In this document: in pieces, positions 1 through 10,789 of the stretch | How the letters are laid out: each line of letters begins with the position of its first letter | Position numbering within the stretch: position 1 is the stretch's first letter | Assembly (NCBI GenBank): GCA_033763905.1 | Contig: JANRJP010000077.1 | Span: 1 to 27,657 of the forward strand | Length of the DNA stretch: 27,657 nucleotides | Direction of reading: 5' to 3' | From: Gemmatimonadaceae bacterium | GTDB lineage: Bacteria; Gemmatimonadota; Gemmatimonadetes; Gemmatimonadales; Gemmatimonadaceae | Program-made: the position numbers and the translations under genes | The notes under the pieces: model-generated | Seen by the model: the letters and a program-made list of their open reading frames with translations, nothing else | Databases searched by the model: none | Told to the model about the DNA's origin: nothing

Positions 1-545
1 GCCGCCACGGTGCCGCGCTGCGCGCTGGGCACGCCCGGCAGCTGCATCGTGTAGCCGCGCGGATGCATCTCGTAGCAGATCGTGCGGTCCCAGGGAATCT
101 GCGGATGCGACGGCGTGATCGGCGGCAATGGCGGCAGGGCAATCGCCTTCGGCATCGCCGCCGCGCTGTCGTCGTCGTTGCGCTGTCCGTTCTGGCGTAG
201 CGTGTAGTGCGACGGGTGCAACTGAAACGGCCGGTCGATCGCGCGCGCATAGGGATCGAGCAGCAGCTTCGCGGGATTGAACAGCAGCCCCTCCGCCGGC
301 GCCCACGGGCCGTGCGCGCGCAGGCCGTACCGGGTCCCGGCGCGCAGTCCCTCGACGAAGACGTGCCAGATGTCGCCCGTCCGCTCGCGCAGCGGAATTC
401 GCTGGACCTCGCGAACCCCGTCGGCGTCGAAGAGACACAGGTCGATCGCCAGGGCGTCGGCCGAGTGCACGGCGACGTTGGCGCCGCCGTCGCGCAGGGT
501 GAGGCCCAGCGGCTCAGGCGATCCGGGGCCAATGCGACCCGTCAT
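1..545 (-). CDS. glgX: Glycogen debranching enzyme GlgX (GH13 with N-terminal CBM48), 5' part only; runs off the window edge
   Basis: Not in the ORF track. My translation from ATG at 545 (TGATG overlap with the glgA stop) gives [28 protein letters not shown]...IDLCLFD...RTGDIWHVFVEGLRAGTRYGLRAHGPWAPAEGLLFNPAKLLLDPYARAI...DSAAAMPKA...IPWDRTICYEMHPRGYTM, the characteristic GlgX N-terminus. No stop before position 1. Confidence 0.93.
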   Translation of the reverse strand, partial: MTGRIGPGSPEPLGLTLRDGGANVAVHSADALAIDLCLFDADGVREVQRIPLRERTGDIWHVFVEGLRAGTRYGLRAHGPWAPAEGLLFNPAKLLLDPYARAIDRPFQLHPSHYTLRQNGQRNDDDSAAAMPKAIALPPLPPITPSHPQIPWDRTICYEMHPRGYTMQLPGVPSAQRGTVA

Positions 546-2014
546 CACGCCCGCGCCGGACCGTCCGCACCGCGAGCCACGTCGCGGTAGAGTGCCGCGT
601 ACTGCGCGGCTGGCCGCGACCAGCTCACGTCGGTGGCCATCGCACGACGCTGCAGGGCGCGCCAGGTCGGACGCTGTCGCCACAGCCGCGCAGTGCGCGC
701 CAAGGCGAGTCCGAAGCCGTCGCGACTGACGGGCGAGAATTGCACGCCGGTGCCGGCCTTGGCGGCCAGCGCCATCTCGTTGGCATCGACCACGGTGTCG
801 GCCAGGCCGCCGACGCGGGCCACCACGGGGAGCGCGCCGTACCGGAGCGCACAGAGTTGCGTGAGACCGCAGGGCTCGAATCGCGACGGGACGAGCACGG
901 CATCGCTTCCGCCTTGAATGCGATGCGCCAGTCCTTCGTCATAGCCCACGACGAGGCCGAGCGCGCCGGGATGCGCGCGCGCGGCCTCGCGGAACGCGTT
1001 CTCGAGCCGCGCATCACCGGAGCCGAGCAGCGCCACCTGCATCCCTTGCGTGGCCATCCAGGGCAGCAGTTCGTGCAACACGTCCATGCCCTTTTGCCAC
1101 GTCAGCCGGCTCACCACCCCGAAGAGCAGGGCGTCCGGTTGTTCGGGCAACCCGAGCTCGCGCTGGAGCGCTTGCTTGTTCGCCGCGCGCGCCGGCAGAT
1201 GCTTGGCGTCGTACCTGCTGGTGAGGTACGCGTCCGTGGACGGATCCCACACGTCGGTGTCGATGCCGTTGAGAATGCCGTCGATACCGTGGGCACGCGC
1301 TCGCAGGACGCCGTCGAGACCCATCCCGTGCTCGGCGGTGGTGACCTCCGCCGCGTAGGTCGGCGACACGGTCGTCACGCGGTCCGACAACGCGAGGCCC
1401 GCCTTGAGGTAGCCGATGCTGCCGTAGTACTCGATGCCGTCGACACCCATCGCGTGCGACGGCAGGCCGATCGTGCCGAGCAGGTCGGTTGGATACTGCC
1501 CCTGAAACGCCAGATTGTGCACCGTCATCACGGTGCCCGGGCGCGGCCGATTGGCGTAGTGCAGATACGCCGCCGTGAGCCCCGCCTGCCAGTCGTGCGC
1601 GTGCACCACGTGGGGCACCCACGAGCCGGCATCGCCCAGCGCCACCGCCGCCGCCGCGCGGGCCAGCGCCGCGAAGCGCAGGCCGTTGTCGGGCCAATCC
1701 GACCCGCCGGGGCCACTGTAGGGATTCCCGGCGCGCGCGAAGAGGTGCGGCGCTTCGAGCACCATCAGCTCCAACGCGCCGGCGCGTCCCGACAGCACGC
1801 GTGCGGGACCGCCGTGCAGGTGGTCGAAGGTATGGACCGGCTGCGCCGCGTCGAGCCCGCGCATCACCGCGGGATACCCCGGGACCATCGTGCGGACCTC
1901 GACACCTTCGGCCGCCAATGCCGCCGGCAGGGCGCCGACCACGTCGGCCAGCCCGCCAGTCTTCACCAGCGGGAAAACTTCCGACGCGACCGAGAGCGCG
2001 CGCAGCGAACTCAC
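545..2014 (-). CDS. glgA: Glycogen synthase (GT5), about 489 aa
   Basis: C-terminal part of ORF 545..2797. Likely start is GTG at 2014 (GTGA overlap with the glgC stop). Motifs [15 protein letters not shown] (KTGGL), [42 protein letters not shown]. Confidence 0.96.
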   Translation of the reverse strand: MSSLRALSVASEVFPLVKTGGLADVVGALPAALAAEGVEVRTMVPGYPAVMRGLDAAQPVHTFDHLHGGPARVLSGRAGALELMVLEAPHLFARAGNPYSGPGGSDWPDNGLRFAALARAAAAVALGDAGSWVPHVVHAHDWQAGLTAAYLHYANRPRPGTVMTVHNLAFQGQYPTDLLGTIGLPSHAMGVDGIEYYGSIGYLKAGLALSDRVTTVSPTYAAEVTTAEHGMGLDGVLRARAHGIDGILNGIDTDVWDPSTDAYLTSRYDAKHLPARAANKQALQRELGLPEQPDALLFGVVSRLTWQKGMDVLHELLPWMATQGMQVALLGSGDARLENAFREAARAHPGALGLVVGYDEGLAHRIQGGSDAVLVPSRFEPCGLTQLCALRYGALPVVARVGGLADTVVDANEMALAAKAGTGVQFSPVSRDGFGLALARTARLWRQRPTWRALQRRAMATDVSWSRPAAQYAALYRDVARGADGPARA

Positions 2015-3276
2015 GAGTGGAGACGGTCGATCATCGGTTGCGTGATCAGGCAGATGCCCTTGGCCGATCGACGGAAGCGCTGGGCGTCCAGCGCCGGGTC
2101 CTCCCCGACGACGAGCCCCGCCGGAATCTTCACCCCCTTGTCGACAATCACGTTGCGGAGCCGCGCCCCGCGCGCAATGTCGACGTAGGGCAGAATCACC
2201 GCGTTCTCGACGTGACCGTACGAGTGCAGGTGCACGCCGGTGAAGAGCAGCGAGCGCTTGAGCGTCGAACCCGACACGATGCAGCCACCGGACACGAGCG
2301 ACGAGATGCCGATGCCGCGACGTCCGTCGAGGTCGTGCACGAACTTCGCCGGCGGCGAGATTTCCGCGTGCGTCCAGATCGGCCAGTTCGCGTCGTACAG
2401 ATCCAGCGACGGTACGACGTCGGTGAGGTCGATGTTGGCTTCCCAGTACGCGTCGAGCGTCCCGACGTCGCGCCAGTAGACGCCCGACTCCTCGCGCGAC
2501 CGGACGCAGGAATCGGTGAATCGGTGCGCCACCGCGACCCCGTGCTGGACGAGGAAGGGAATGATGTCCTTGCCGAAGTCGCGCGTGGATTGCGGGTCGG
2601 CCGCGTCGCGCCGCAACTGCTCGTTGAGGAACTCGCGCCGGAAGACGTAGATGCCCATACTCGCCAAGGCGAAGCCCGGCTTGTCGGGCATCTCGGGGGG
2701 ATGCTCGGGCTTCTCGACGAAGGCCGTGATGCGGTCGTCGGCATCCACGGCCATCACCCCGAAGCCGCTGGCATCCGCGACCGGCACTTCCAGACACGCC
2801 ACGGTGACATCGGCACCCGAATTCACGTGCTGCACGAGCATCCGCTCGTAGTCCATCTTGTAGATGTGGTCACCCGCGAGGATGATCAGGTACTCCGGCG
2901 CATAGCCGTCGATGATGTCGATGTTCTGATAGACCGCGTCGGCGGTACCCGCGTACCATTGATCCTCCGACACGCGCTGACTCGCGGGCAGGACGTCGAA
3001 GCTTTCGTTGCGCTCCGTCCGGAGGAAGTTCCATCCGCGCTGCAGATGCCGGATGAGGCTGTGCGCCTTGTACTGGGTGGCGACCGCCAGACGCCGGATG
3101 CCCGAATTGAGCGCGTTCGACAGGGCGAAATCGATGATGCGCGACTTCCCGCCGAAGTAGACCGCCGGTTTGGCCCGCCGATCGGTGAGCTCCATCAGGC
3201 GCGAGCCGCGTCCCCCCGCGAGAACGTAGGCCATCGTGGATCGGGAGATCGGCGACGAGTAGCTGACCGGTTGCAT
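2011..3276 (-). CDS. glgC: Glucose-1-phosphate adenylyltransferase (ADP-glucose pyrophosphorylase), 421 aa
   Basis: [71 protein letters not shown] and a C-terminal beta-helix region. Confidence 0.98.
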   Translation of the reverse strand: MQPVSYSSPISRSTMAYVLAGGRGSRLMELTDRRAKPAVYFGGKSRIIDFALSNALNSGIRRLAVATQYKAHSLIRHLQRGWNFLRTERNESFDVLPASQRVSEDQWYAGTADAVYQNIDIIDGYAPEYLIILAGDHIYKMDYERMLVQHVNSGADVTVACLEVPVADASGFGVMAVDADDRITAFVEKPEHPPEMPDKPGFALASMGIYVFRREFLNEQLRRDAADPQSTRDFGKDIIPFLVQHGVAVAHRFTDSCVRSREESGVYWRDVGTLDAYWEANIDLTDVVPSLDLYDANWPIWTHAEISPPAKFVHDLDGRRGIGISSLVSGGCIVSGSTLKRSLLFTGVHLHSYGHVENAVILPYVDIARGARLRNVIVDKGVKIPAGLVVGEDPALDAQRFRRSAKGICLITQPMIDRLHS

Positions 3277-3316
3277 CGGGGGGCGCTCTGCTGTCGAGGA
3301 AGGTCGCGGAAACGAA

Positions 3317-5782
3317 TCAGGATTCGTGCACGAGCCACACCGTCGCCAACGGCGGCAGTGTGATCAGCGCCGACTGGTCAAAGCCGTGCGCGGCCGGCCC
3401 GGAGGCATCGACCCCGCCGGCGTTGCCGACGTTCGATCCGCCGTAGACGGCGGCATCGGAGTTGAGGATCTCGCGCCAACGCCCGGCGAATGGCAGTCCG
3501 ACGGGATACGCGGTGCGCGGAACCGGCGTGAAATTGGCAATGACCACGACGCAGCGCGTGCCGGGCTCGCCGTAGCGCACCCAGGCGAACACCGAGTTGG
3601 CCGCGTCATCGACGACGATCCAGCGGAAGCCTTCGGGCTCGCAGTCGCGCTGATGCAGCGCGGGATACTGCACGTACGCACGATTGGCGTCGCGGACGAG
3701 CGATTGCACGCCCTTGTGCAACGCGCCGTCGAGCAGCCACCAATCGAGATCGCGATTGAAATTCCATTCGGCGCCCTGGCCGAACTCCTGTCCCATAAAG
3801 AGCAACTTCTTGCCGGGATAGCCCCACATGAAGGCGTAGTACGCGCGAAGGTTCGCGAACCGCTGCCAATCATCACCGGGCTTTCGGGCCAGAATCGAGC
3901 CCTTGCCGTGCACCACCTCGTCGTGCGACAGCGGCAGGAAGAAATTCTCGGTGAACGCGTATACCAGGCCGAAGGTCATCTTGTCGTGATGCCACCGGCG
4001 GTGCACGGGGTTTTCGCCCATGTACTTCAGGGTGTCGTGCATCCACCCCATGTTCCACTTGAAGCCGAATCCCAAGCCGCCCATCGACGTCGGCCGCGAG
4101 ACCGCCGGCCAGGCCGTGGACTCCTCGGCTACCGTGAAGGCCCCGGGGAAGCGGCCGTACACCGCCTCGTTCATCCGGCGAAGGAAGGCCACCGCTTCGA
4201 GATTTTCGTTGCCGCCGTGCCGGTTGGGAATCCACTCGCCGTCCTTGCGCGAGTAGTTCAGATAGAGCATCGACGCGACCGCATCGACGCGGAGGCCGTC
4301 GATGTGATAGCGGTCCAGCCAGAACAGCGCGTTGGCGATGAGGAAATTCGCCACTTCGTTGCGGCCGAAGTTGTAGATCGCGGTATTCCAGTCCGGATGA
4401 AATCCGAGCCGCGGATCGGCGTGTTCGTACAGCGCCGTGCCGTCGAATCGGGCCAGGCCGTGCGCATCCATCGGGAAGTGCGCCGGCACCCAGTCGATGA
4501 TCACCCCAATGCCGGCCCCGTGGCAGCGGTCCACGAAGCGGGCGAACTGTTCGGGCGTCCCGAAGCGCGAGGTCGGCGCAAAGAGGCCCACCGGCTGATA
4601 GCCCCACGACGCGTCGTAGGGATGCTCGTGCACGGGCATCAGCTCGACGTGCGTGAAGCCCTGCTCGACGAGGTACGGGATCAGCGCGTCGGCGATCTCG
4701 TCATAGGTCAACCAGCGACCCTCGGGGCCGCGACGCCAGGAGCCCAAGTGCACTTCGTACACCGACAGCGGAGCGCGGCGCTTTTCGCGCTCGAGCCGCT
4801 GCGCCATCCACACATCGTCCGTCCACGTGAAGTGCCGCGTCTCGCACACGATCGACGCGGTGGCCGGTCGCAGCTCGGACGCGAAGCCCAGCGGGTCCGC
4901 CTTGAGTGGCAGGAGTTCCCCCTTGGGCCCCAGGATTTCGTACTTGTACAACACCCCAGCGGTCAGGCCGGGAATGAAGATCTCCCATACGCCCGGGCCG
5001 AGTCGGCATCGCATCACGTGGCGCCGGCCGTCCCAGTCGTTGAACGAGCCCACGACGGACACCCGCGTCGCGTTGGGCGCCCACACCGCGAAGTGCACCC
5101 CGCGTCGGCCCTCGTGCTCGATCAGATGCGCACCGAGGCGATCGTAGAGATTGACGTGCGTGCCTTCCCCAATGAGCCAGTCGTCCATCGGGCCCAGCAC
5201 CGGGCCATAGGCATACGGATCGTCGATGACCCAGTGCGCCCCATCCCGCTCGGCGTGGAGTTCGTACGCGACCCGGGCGGGGCAGGCGCCCTGAAACAGC
5301 CCCCCGTCGTGCAGTCGGTCGAGGGCGGCGATCAGCTCGCCATCGCGGGTCTTCGCGACGACGCGCTCCGCACCCGGGACCAGCGCGCGAATGACGAAGC
5401 CATCGCCGTCGGCGTGCAGACCAAGCACGCTGAACGGATTGGCGTGGTGCCCGTGCACCAGCGCGTGCACGACGGCCGCACTCGGCGTAGTGGCTGCAGG
5501 CGCCGCGGTCTCGCTTGCGACCACGGTGGCCGTGGGCTCAACCGCTGCCTTCGCCTTGGGCTTGGCGGCTGCCTTTACCTTGGGCTTGGCGGCTGCCTTT
5601 GCCTTGGGCTTGGCGGCTGCCTTTGCCTTGGGCTTGGCGGCTGCCTTTGCCTTGGGCTTGGCCGCTGCCTTTGCCTTGGGCTTGGCCGCTGCGTCGCCCT
5701 TCTGCGCGGGCGCCGCGGCGGCTGGATCCTGCGACGGCGTCGGGGGCAGGCCCCCCGCGTCAGCCCGCTTGCGGGGTGGCAT
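3317..5782 (-). CDS. glgB: 1,4-alpha-glucan branching enzyme GlgB (GH13) with a Lys/Ala/Pro-rich N-terminal extension
   Basis: FAVWAPNA (CBM48), [33 protein letters not shown] (nucleophile), AEEST (acid/base), [13 protein letters not shown] 5782 overlaps the last 23 nt of glgP. The start is less certain than the core. Confidence 0.95.
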   Translation of the reverse strand: MPPRKRADAGGLPPTPSQDPAAAAPAQKGDAAAKPKAKAAAKPKAKAAAKPKAKAAAKPKAKAAAKPKVKAAAKPKAKAAVEPTATVVASETAAPAATTPSAAVVHALVHGHHANPFSVLGLHADGDGFVIRALVPGAERVVAKTRDGELIAALDRLHDGGLFQGACPARVAYELHAERDGAHWVIDDPYAYGPVLGPMDDWLIGEGTHVNLYDRLGAHLIEHEGRRGVHFAVWAPNATRVSVVGSFNDWDGRRHVMRCRLGPGVWEIFIPGLTAGVLYKYEILGPKGELLPLKADPLGFASELRPATASIVCETRHFTWTDDVWMAQRLEREKRRAPLSVYEVHLGSWRRGPEGRWLTYDEIADALIPYLVEQGFTHVELMPVHEHPYDASWGYQPVGLFAPTSRFGTPEQFARFVDRCHGAGIGVIIDWVPAHFPMDAHGLARFDGTALYEHADPRLGFHPDWNTAIYNFGRNEVANFLIANALFWLDRYHIDGLRVDAVASMLYLNYSRKDGEWIPNRHGGNENLEAVAFLRRMNEAVYGRFPGAFTVAEESTAWPAVSRPTSMGGLGFGFKWNMGWMHDTLKYMGENPVHRRWHHDKMTFGLVYAFTENFFLPLSHDEVVHGKGSILARKPGDDWQRFANLRAYYAFMWGYPGKKLLFMGQEFGQGAEWNFNRDLDWWLLDGALHKGVQSLVRDANRAYVQYPALHQRDCEPEGFRWIVVDDAANSVFAWVRYGEPGTRCVVVIANFTPVPRTAYPVGLPFAGRWREILNSDAAVYGGSNVGNAGGVDASGPAAHGFDQSALITLPPLATVWLVHES
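5544..5692. repeat. Tandem repeat, 6 x 24 bp (GCTGCCTTTGCCTTGGGCTTGGCG) plus 5 bp, encoding (KPKAKAAA)6 in the glgB frame
   Basis: Units start at 5544, 5568, 5592, 5616, 5640 and 5664, each within 1 nt of the consensus. Two kinds of variant are synonymous Ala codons and one is Ala->Val in the glgB frame. Confidence 0.97.
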
Positions 5783-8231
5783 TCCAGATCTCGCTGGCGT
5801 ATTCGCGGATGGTGCGATCCGAGGAGAACCAGCCCATGCGCGCCGTGTTCCGGACCGCCATCGCGTGCCACCGGGCAGTGTCGCGCCATTCGGTATCGAC
5901 CCGGCGCTGCATCGCGTAGTAGCTGTCGAAGTCGGCGGTCACCAGGAAGTAGTCCCGCTGCCGCAACGTCGCGCACAGCCCGCGGTACCGGCCGGGATCA
6001 TCCGGCGAGTACGCTCCCGACTCGAGGTCGGCGAGGACATCGCGCAGGGCCGGCGACGCGGCAATCACATCACTCATCTCGAGCCCCGCGCGTCGACGCG
6101 CGTCGACATCGGCCGCCAACAGACCGAAAATGAAGATGTTTTCTTCGCCGACGTGCTCCTTGATCTCGATGTTCGCGCCATCGAGCGTGCCGATCGTCAG
6201 CGCACCGTTGAGCGCGAGCTTCATATTGCCCGTCCCCGACGCTTCCATCCCCGCCGTCGAGATCTGTTCCGACAGATCGGCGGCCGGAATGATCACTTCG
6301 GCCAAGCTGACGTTGTAGTTCGGCAGGAAGGCCACCTTGAGCGTGTCCTTCACCAGCGGATCGCGGTTGATCACCCGCGCCACGTCATTCGCCAGCTTGA
6401 TGATCAGCTTCGCCTGCGCATAGCCTGCGGCCGCCTTGCCGGCGAAGAGCTTCACCCGCGGCGTCCACGAGGCCGTGGGGTTGGCCCGAATGGCATTGTA
6501 CAGCGCGATCGTCTCGAGGATGTTGAGCAGTTGGCGCTTGTATTCGTGGATGCGCTTGATCTGCACGTCGAACAGCGCGTCGGGATTCACCATCACGCCA
6601 AGGCTGTCGCGCACGACCGAGGCCAGCGCCACCTTGTTCGCCCGCTTGATCGCGGCGAACCGCTCGCGGAAGGCGGCGTCGTCGGCCAGCGATGCGAGGC
6701 CGGTCAGCTGCGTCGGATCATCGAGGAATCCGGGGCCAATCGCGTCCTGGATCAGATCGGTCAAGGCCGGATTCGCCGAGTACAGCCAGCGCCGGAACGT
6801 GATGCCGTTGGTCTTGTTGACGATGCGGTCCGGATACAGCTCGGCGAAGTCCCGGAACACCGTGACCTTCATCAGGTCCGTGTGCAGCGCCGAGACGCCG
6901 TTGACCTTGTGCGATCCGAGGAACGCCAAGTTGCCCATCCGCACGTGCCGCGCACCGGTTTCTTCGATCAGCGAGACCGCCGCGAGGCGACGGTTGTCCG
7001 TGGTCCCCGCCGCGCGAAGGGCATCGAGATGCTGCGCGTTGAGCAGATAGATGATCTGCATATGCCGCGGCAACAGGCCCTGGAGCAATGGCACCGACCA
7101 CTTCTCGAGCGCCTCGGGCAGCAGCGTGTGGTTCGTGTAGCTGAACACGCCGCGCACGATCTCCCACGCGTCGGCCCACGCCATCCCGTGCTCGTCGACC
7201 AGCAGGCGCATCAGCTCCGGGACGGCGATCGCGGGGTGCGTATCGTTGAGCTGGATCGCGTTGTGCTCGGCGAGCGTACGCAAGTCCCCGTGCTGTCGCT
7301 GGTGGCGACGCAGCAGGTCCTGCAACGAGGCCGAGGCGAAGAAGATTTCCTGCCGCAGCCGGAGTTCGTGGCCCGCCGGCGTATCGTCACTGGGGTAGAG
7401 CACGCGCGAGATCGCTTCGAGCCGTACGCGCTCGGCCAGCGCCCCGACGTGATCGCCGCGATTGAAGTCGGCGAGCGACAGCGGGTCCGCTGCCCGCGCC
7501 GACCACAACCGGAGCGTGTTCACGTGCGCGCCGCGCCAGCCGGCGATCGGCGTATCGTAGGCGACTGCCTTCACGCTGTCCGCCGGATGCCAGACCGACC
7601 GCATCGACCCGTCCGGCTGCTCCACCTGTTCGACGTGCCCGCCGAAGCCGATCGTGTACACCACCTCGGGGCGTTCGAACTCCCACGGATTGCCCGACGA
7701 CAGCCAGGTCTCGGGCAGCTCGACCTGCCAGCCGTCCTTGAGCTTTTGCCGGAAGATCCCGTGGTCGTATCGAATACCGTATCCGAAGGCCGGGATCTGC
7801 ACGCTCGACAAGCTGTCGAGGAAGCAGGCGGCGAGGCGACCAAGGCCCCCGTTGCCGAGGCCGGGGTCGGGCTCGAGGGCCTTGATCTGCTCGAGGTCGA
7901 CGCCGAGCTCGGCGAGGGCGGCGCGCGCCTCGCTGGTCAGCCCCAGATTGTTCAACGCGTCCGACAGCAGGCGGCCGATCAGGAACTCGAATGAGAAGTA
8001 GTAGACCCGCTTGGCGTCACTCTTGTAGCTCCGGCGCGTCGTGTCCATCCATCGATCCACGATCCGGTCACGCACGGCGTACGCCGTGGCCATCAACCAG
8101 TCGTGCGGCGAGGCCGCCGCGGTGTCCTTGCCGACCGCGTAGTGCAGCTTCTCGACGATCGTGTCGCGAAGTGCGGCGACGGTGGAGGGGTCGATCGCGG
8201 ACGATGACGACGGTGAAACCAGAGTGCTCAT
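5760..8231 (-). CDS. glgP: Glycogen/starch phosphorylase (GT35), 823 aa
   Basis: [68 protein letters not shown], and [25 protein letters not shown] (PLP-lysine motif). Confidence 0.98.
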   Translation of the reverse strand: MSTLVSPSSSSAIDPSTVAALRDTIVEKLHYAVGKDTAAASPHDWLMATAYAVRDRIVDRWMDTTRRSYKSDAKRVYYFSFEFLIGRLLSDALNNLGLTSEARAALAELGVDLEQIKALEPDPGLGNGGLGRLAACFLDSLSSVQIPAFGYGIRYDHGIFRQKLKDGWQVELPETWLSSGNPWEFERPEVVYTIGFGGHVEQVEQPDGSMRSVWHPADSVKAVAYDTPIAGWRGAHVNTLRLWSARAADPLSLADFNRGDHVGALAERVRLEAISRVLYPSDDTPAGHELRLRQEIFFASASLQDLLRRHQRQHGDLRTLAEHNAIQLNDTHPAIAVPELMRLLVDEHGMAWADAWEIVRGVFSYTNHTLLPEALEKWSVPLLQGLLPRHMQIIYLLNAQHLDALRAAGTTDNRRLAAVSLIEETGARHVRMGNLAFLGSHKVNGVSALHTDLMKVTVFRDFAELYPDRIVNKTNGITFRRWLYSANPALTDLIQDAIGPGFLDDPTQLTGLASLADDAAFRERFAAIKRANKVALASVVRDSLGVMVNPDALFDVQIKRIHEYKRQLLNILETIALYNAIRANPTASWTPRVKLFAGKAAAGYAQAKLIIKLANDVARVINRDPLVKDTLKVAFLPNYNVSLAEVIIPAADLSEQISTAGMEASGTGNMKLALNGALTIGTLDGANIEIKEHVGEENIFIFGLLAADVDARRRAGLEMSDVIAASPALRDVLADLESGAYSPDDPGRYRGLCATLRQRDYFLVTADFDSYYAMQRRVDTEWRDTARWHAMAVRNTARMGWFSSDRTIREYASEIWNATPQAG

Positions 8232-8244
8232 ATCCCGAGTGGCC

Positions 8245-8272
8245 AGACGATAGCGAATGATCGTCTAAGCTA
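8245..8272 (-). promoter_or_regulatory. Candidate glg-operon control region: -10-like TAGCTT (8272-8267) followed by a 7-8-7 inverted repeat AGACGAT-N8-ATCGTCT (8245-8266)
   Basis: Perfect 7-bp arms ending 13 nt before the glgP ATG, within an AT-richer patch. No convincing -35 found. Confidence 0.4.
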
Positions 8273-8339
8273 ATGCTCGGTACACAGGCGAGGGCGAGGG
8301 GCCCGCCCCTCTTGCGGGACGGGCGCCACGCCTCCGGGA

Positions 8340-10691
8340 TCAGCGGCGCGGTGCCTTCGTCCCCGCCGGGCCGATCGTCCGCTCGAACAGCTCGTAGATG
8401 CGGCGATACTCGTCGGTCCACGACGACGGACGCACGAAGCCGTGGTCCTCGACGGGATAGACCGCCATTTCCCAATCGGTCTTGCCGAGCTCGATCAGCC
8501 GCTGCGCGAGCTGCACCACGTCCTGAAACTGCACATTCGTGTCCACCATCCCGTGCGCAATCAGCAGCGGGTCCTGCAGCCCCTCGGCGAAAAAAATCGG
8601 CGACGAGCGGCGATACGCGACCGTGTCCTGCTGCGGCAGGTTGAGGATGCGTCCGGTGTAGCCGTGGTTGTAGCTGGCCCAGTCGGTCACCGCACGAAGT
8701 GCGGCACCTGCCCCGAAGTACTGCGGCTTGTTGAACAGCGCCATCAACGTGATGAAGCCGCCGTAAGAGCCGCCGTAGATGCCGATGCGCTCGGGCGCGA
8801 TGCCGTGCGCAGCCGTCAGATACTTGGAGCCCGCGACGTGATCGTCCAGGTCCTTGCCGCCCATCCAGCGATAGATCGCCGTCCGCCAGTCGCGGCCATA
8901 GCCGGCGGAGCCCCGGTAATCGAGATCGATGACGGTGTACCCCTTCGACGCGAGCAGATGATGGAACATGTACTCGCGCGCGTACGACGACCACCAGTTG
9001 TGGACGTTGTGCAGATAGCCCGCACCGTGGACGAAGATCACCGCCGCGCCGTTCGAGGCGACGCCCGCGCGCGCCGGCGTGTACAAACGCGCCGGCACCG
9101 GCGTCCCGTCTTCGCCCGGGATCTGCACGATCTCCGGAACGGTCCACGCCACCTGCCGGAACGCCGCACTGGTGGACTGCGTCAGTGCTTCGCGCGCCGG
9201 GGAGCCGACCCGCGCCAGGTAGAGCTCCGGCGGCCGATTCGCCTCGGAGTACACCGTCGCGTAGCGCTGCCCATCGGGAGCGTATGTCACCTCGTGGCCA
9301 CCCTCGCCGGTGGTGATGCGCACGCGCGCGCCGCCGGTGAGGGGCATCCGGTACGCCTGGCGGGTGTACGGCGACGGCTCGCTGGTGTGCAGTTCGAAGC
9401 TGCGGTCGTCGTCGGAGCGTGCCACGCTCAGGACTTCCCATCGCCCGCTGGTGAGGGCCTCCCGCTCGCTGCCGTCGGGGCGGGCGCGGTACAGATGCGC
9501 GTAGCCGGTCGCTTCCGACACGAACCACACGCGACCATCGGGCGTCCAGCCGACGCAGGTGAAGCACGGGCCGTTGACCCACGCCTCGTCACGGAGCAGG
9601 TCGACCGTCGAGCGGGCCGCCCCGGCCGACGACACAGTGAAGATCGCGCGGCTCTTGAAGTCGGCCGACGTCACGAACACGATCGCGTGCCGCCCGTCGT
9701 CGCTCCACTGGCCGCCGAATGCCTGGCCGGCCGGCTGCTTGTCGATGTCCAACGCCACGGCCGTGGTCTTGCCGCTGCGCACATCCACGTGCCACACCTT
9801 CGGCGTGCCCTGCGCGTCGCCCACCTTCGTGCGGCCCGGAATCATCCGGGGATACCCGTCGGTCGTGATGTAGTTCGGCACGTCCGATCCCTTCGTGCCA
9901 GCCGGCGGCGTCTGCGTGAAGAGCAGGACGCTCTCGCCAGTCGGCGAGACGGTGAGGGCCACGATGCGCTCGCCCGTCGGGACCCAGATGATCGGCAATC
10001 GCCGGGCGGCCGCGTCCTTCTCGCGCGCCTTCGCGAGCGAGTCTTCGCGCAGCCGGTCGCGCACCACCTCGAGCAAGTCCCGTTGCTGCTGCGCGAGAGC
10101 GCCGCGCTGTCCCGTCGGAGCGGCCGAATCCTTGGGCGCGGTCCCGCTCCGGATGTCGGTGAGTTGTGTCGTCAGTCCGGTTGCGACGTCGAAGCGCCAC
10201 GCATTGTTGTCCCGCACGAAGTACAGCGACCGGCCATCCGTCGCCCACACCGGGGCCACTTCCGCCGCGTTGGTCTGCGTCACGCGGCGCAGCGTCACGC
10301 CGCGCGCGCTGCGCTGCTGCAACCACAGATCGCCTAGGGCACTAACGGCGCGCCACGTCCCGTCGGGGGACTTGGGACCCGTCGCGAGGAGCGGCGCCAC
10401 GGAGTCCATATGCGCCTCACTGACGGCCTCCGGCACGGCCCCGGCGCGCGGCGCGACACGAAACGGCCGCAAGGGCGCACTCCACGCCGAGCCCGCTTCG
10501 GTCCAGCGGAAGTAGATCCACTGCCCATCGGCGGTCCAGCGGACCTGATCGGGTTCGCGGCCGTAGAGCTCAGGGCCCCGCATCAGGGTCTTGATCGACC
10601 AGTCGAAGGCCGGCGCCTGCGCGCGGCTTGGCTGAGTGAGCAACGCGGCGCAAAGCGCGACAACAGCGGGGCGAACGAAGCGAATCGGCAT
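8340..10691 (-). CDS. Exported S9-family (prolyl oligopeptidase/DPP IV-like) serine peptidase, about 783 aa
   Basis: Likely start ATG 10691 (MPIRFVRPAVVALCAALLTQPSRA|Q, a signal peptide). Beta-propeller repeats (W.PDG), VHGAGY, DYRGSAGYG, GIYGGSYGG (catalytic Ser), DTNV (Asp), EDHGF (His). Confidence 0.92.
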   Translation of the reverse strand: MPIRFVRPAVVALCAALLTQPSRAQAPAFDWSIKTLMRGPELYGREPDQVRWTADGQWIYFRWTEAGSAWSAPLRPFRVAPRAGAVPEAVSEAHMDSVAPLLATGPKSPDGTWRAVSALGDLWLQQRSARGVTLRRVTQTNAAEVAPVWATDGRSLYFVRDNNAWRFDVATGLTTQLTDIRSGTAPKDSAAPTGQRGALAQQQRDLLEVVRDRLREDSLAKAREKDAAARRLPIIWVPTGERIVALTVSPTGESVLLFTQTPPAGTKGSDVPNYITTDGYPRMIPGRTKVGDAQGTPKVWHVDVRSGKTTAVALDIDKQPAGQAFGGQWSDDGRHAIVFVTSADFKSRAIFTVSSAGAARSTVDLLRDEAWVNGPCFTCVGWTPDGRVWFVSEATGYAHLYRARPDGSEREALTSGRWEVLSVARSDDDRSFELHTSEPSPYTRQAYRMPLTGGARVRITTGEGGHEVTYAPDGQRYATVYSEANRPPELYLARVGSPAREALTQSTSAAFRQVAWTVPEIVQIPGEDGTPVPARLYTPARAGVASNGAAVIFVHGAGYLHNVHNWWSSYAREYMFHHLLASKGYTVIDLDYRGSAGYGRDWRTAIYRWMGGKDLDDHVAGSKYLTAAHGIAPERIGIYGGSYGGFITLMALFNKPQYFGAGAALRAVTDWASYNHGYTGRILNLPQQDTVAYRRSSPIFFAEGLQDPLLIAHGMVDTNVQFQDVVQLAQRLIELGKTDWEMAVYPVEDHGFVRPSSWTDEYRRIYELFERTIGPAGTKAPRR

Positions 10692-10789
10692 CGGATGAGT
10701 CTGGAGGCCACGCTGGTCACGCGCCAGCGCCGTCATCGCTACAACGCACGGGGGAGGCGCGATGCTGCCCCGGGCGGTATCGTTGCGCG

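Noticed and set aside
2015..2797. N-terminal 261 aa of ORF 545..2797 as part of GlgA
   Set aside because: It is an alternate frame of glgC with Arg-rich nonsense sequence. GlgA homology begins at the GTG at 2014.
5544..5692. 24-bp repeats as a CRISPR array
   Set aside because: The units are head-to-tail with no spacers, lie in a coding frame, and no cas genes are present.
3326..7994. Long + strand ORFs 3326..6133 and 5391..7994, including an (AAFALGLA)n hydrophobic repeat
   Set aside because: Antisense shadows of glgB and glgP, expected in GC-rich DNA. The hydrophobic repeat is simply the reverse reading of the Lys/Ala repeat.
8290..8330. GC-rich hairpin downstream of the first S9 gene as a terminator
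   Set aside because: The stem is imperfect with no U-tract and cannot be distinguished from background in high-GC DNA.
8590..8596. A7 homopolymer as a phase-variation or frameshift site
   Set aside because: It encodes Ile-Phe-Phe in an intact conserved S9 region (SPIFFAE) and is too short to support the claim.
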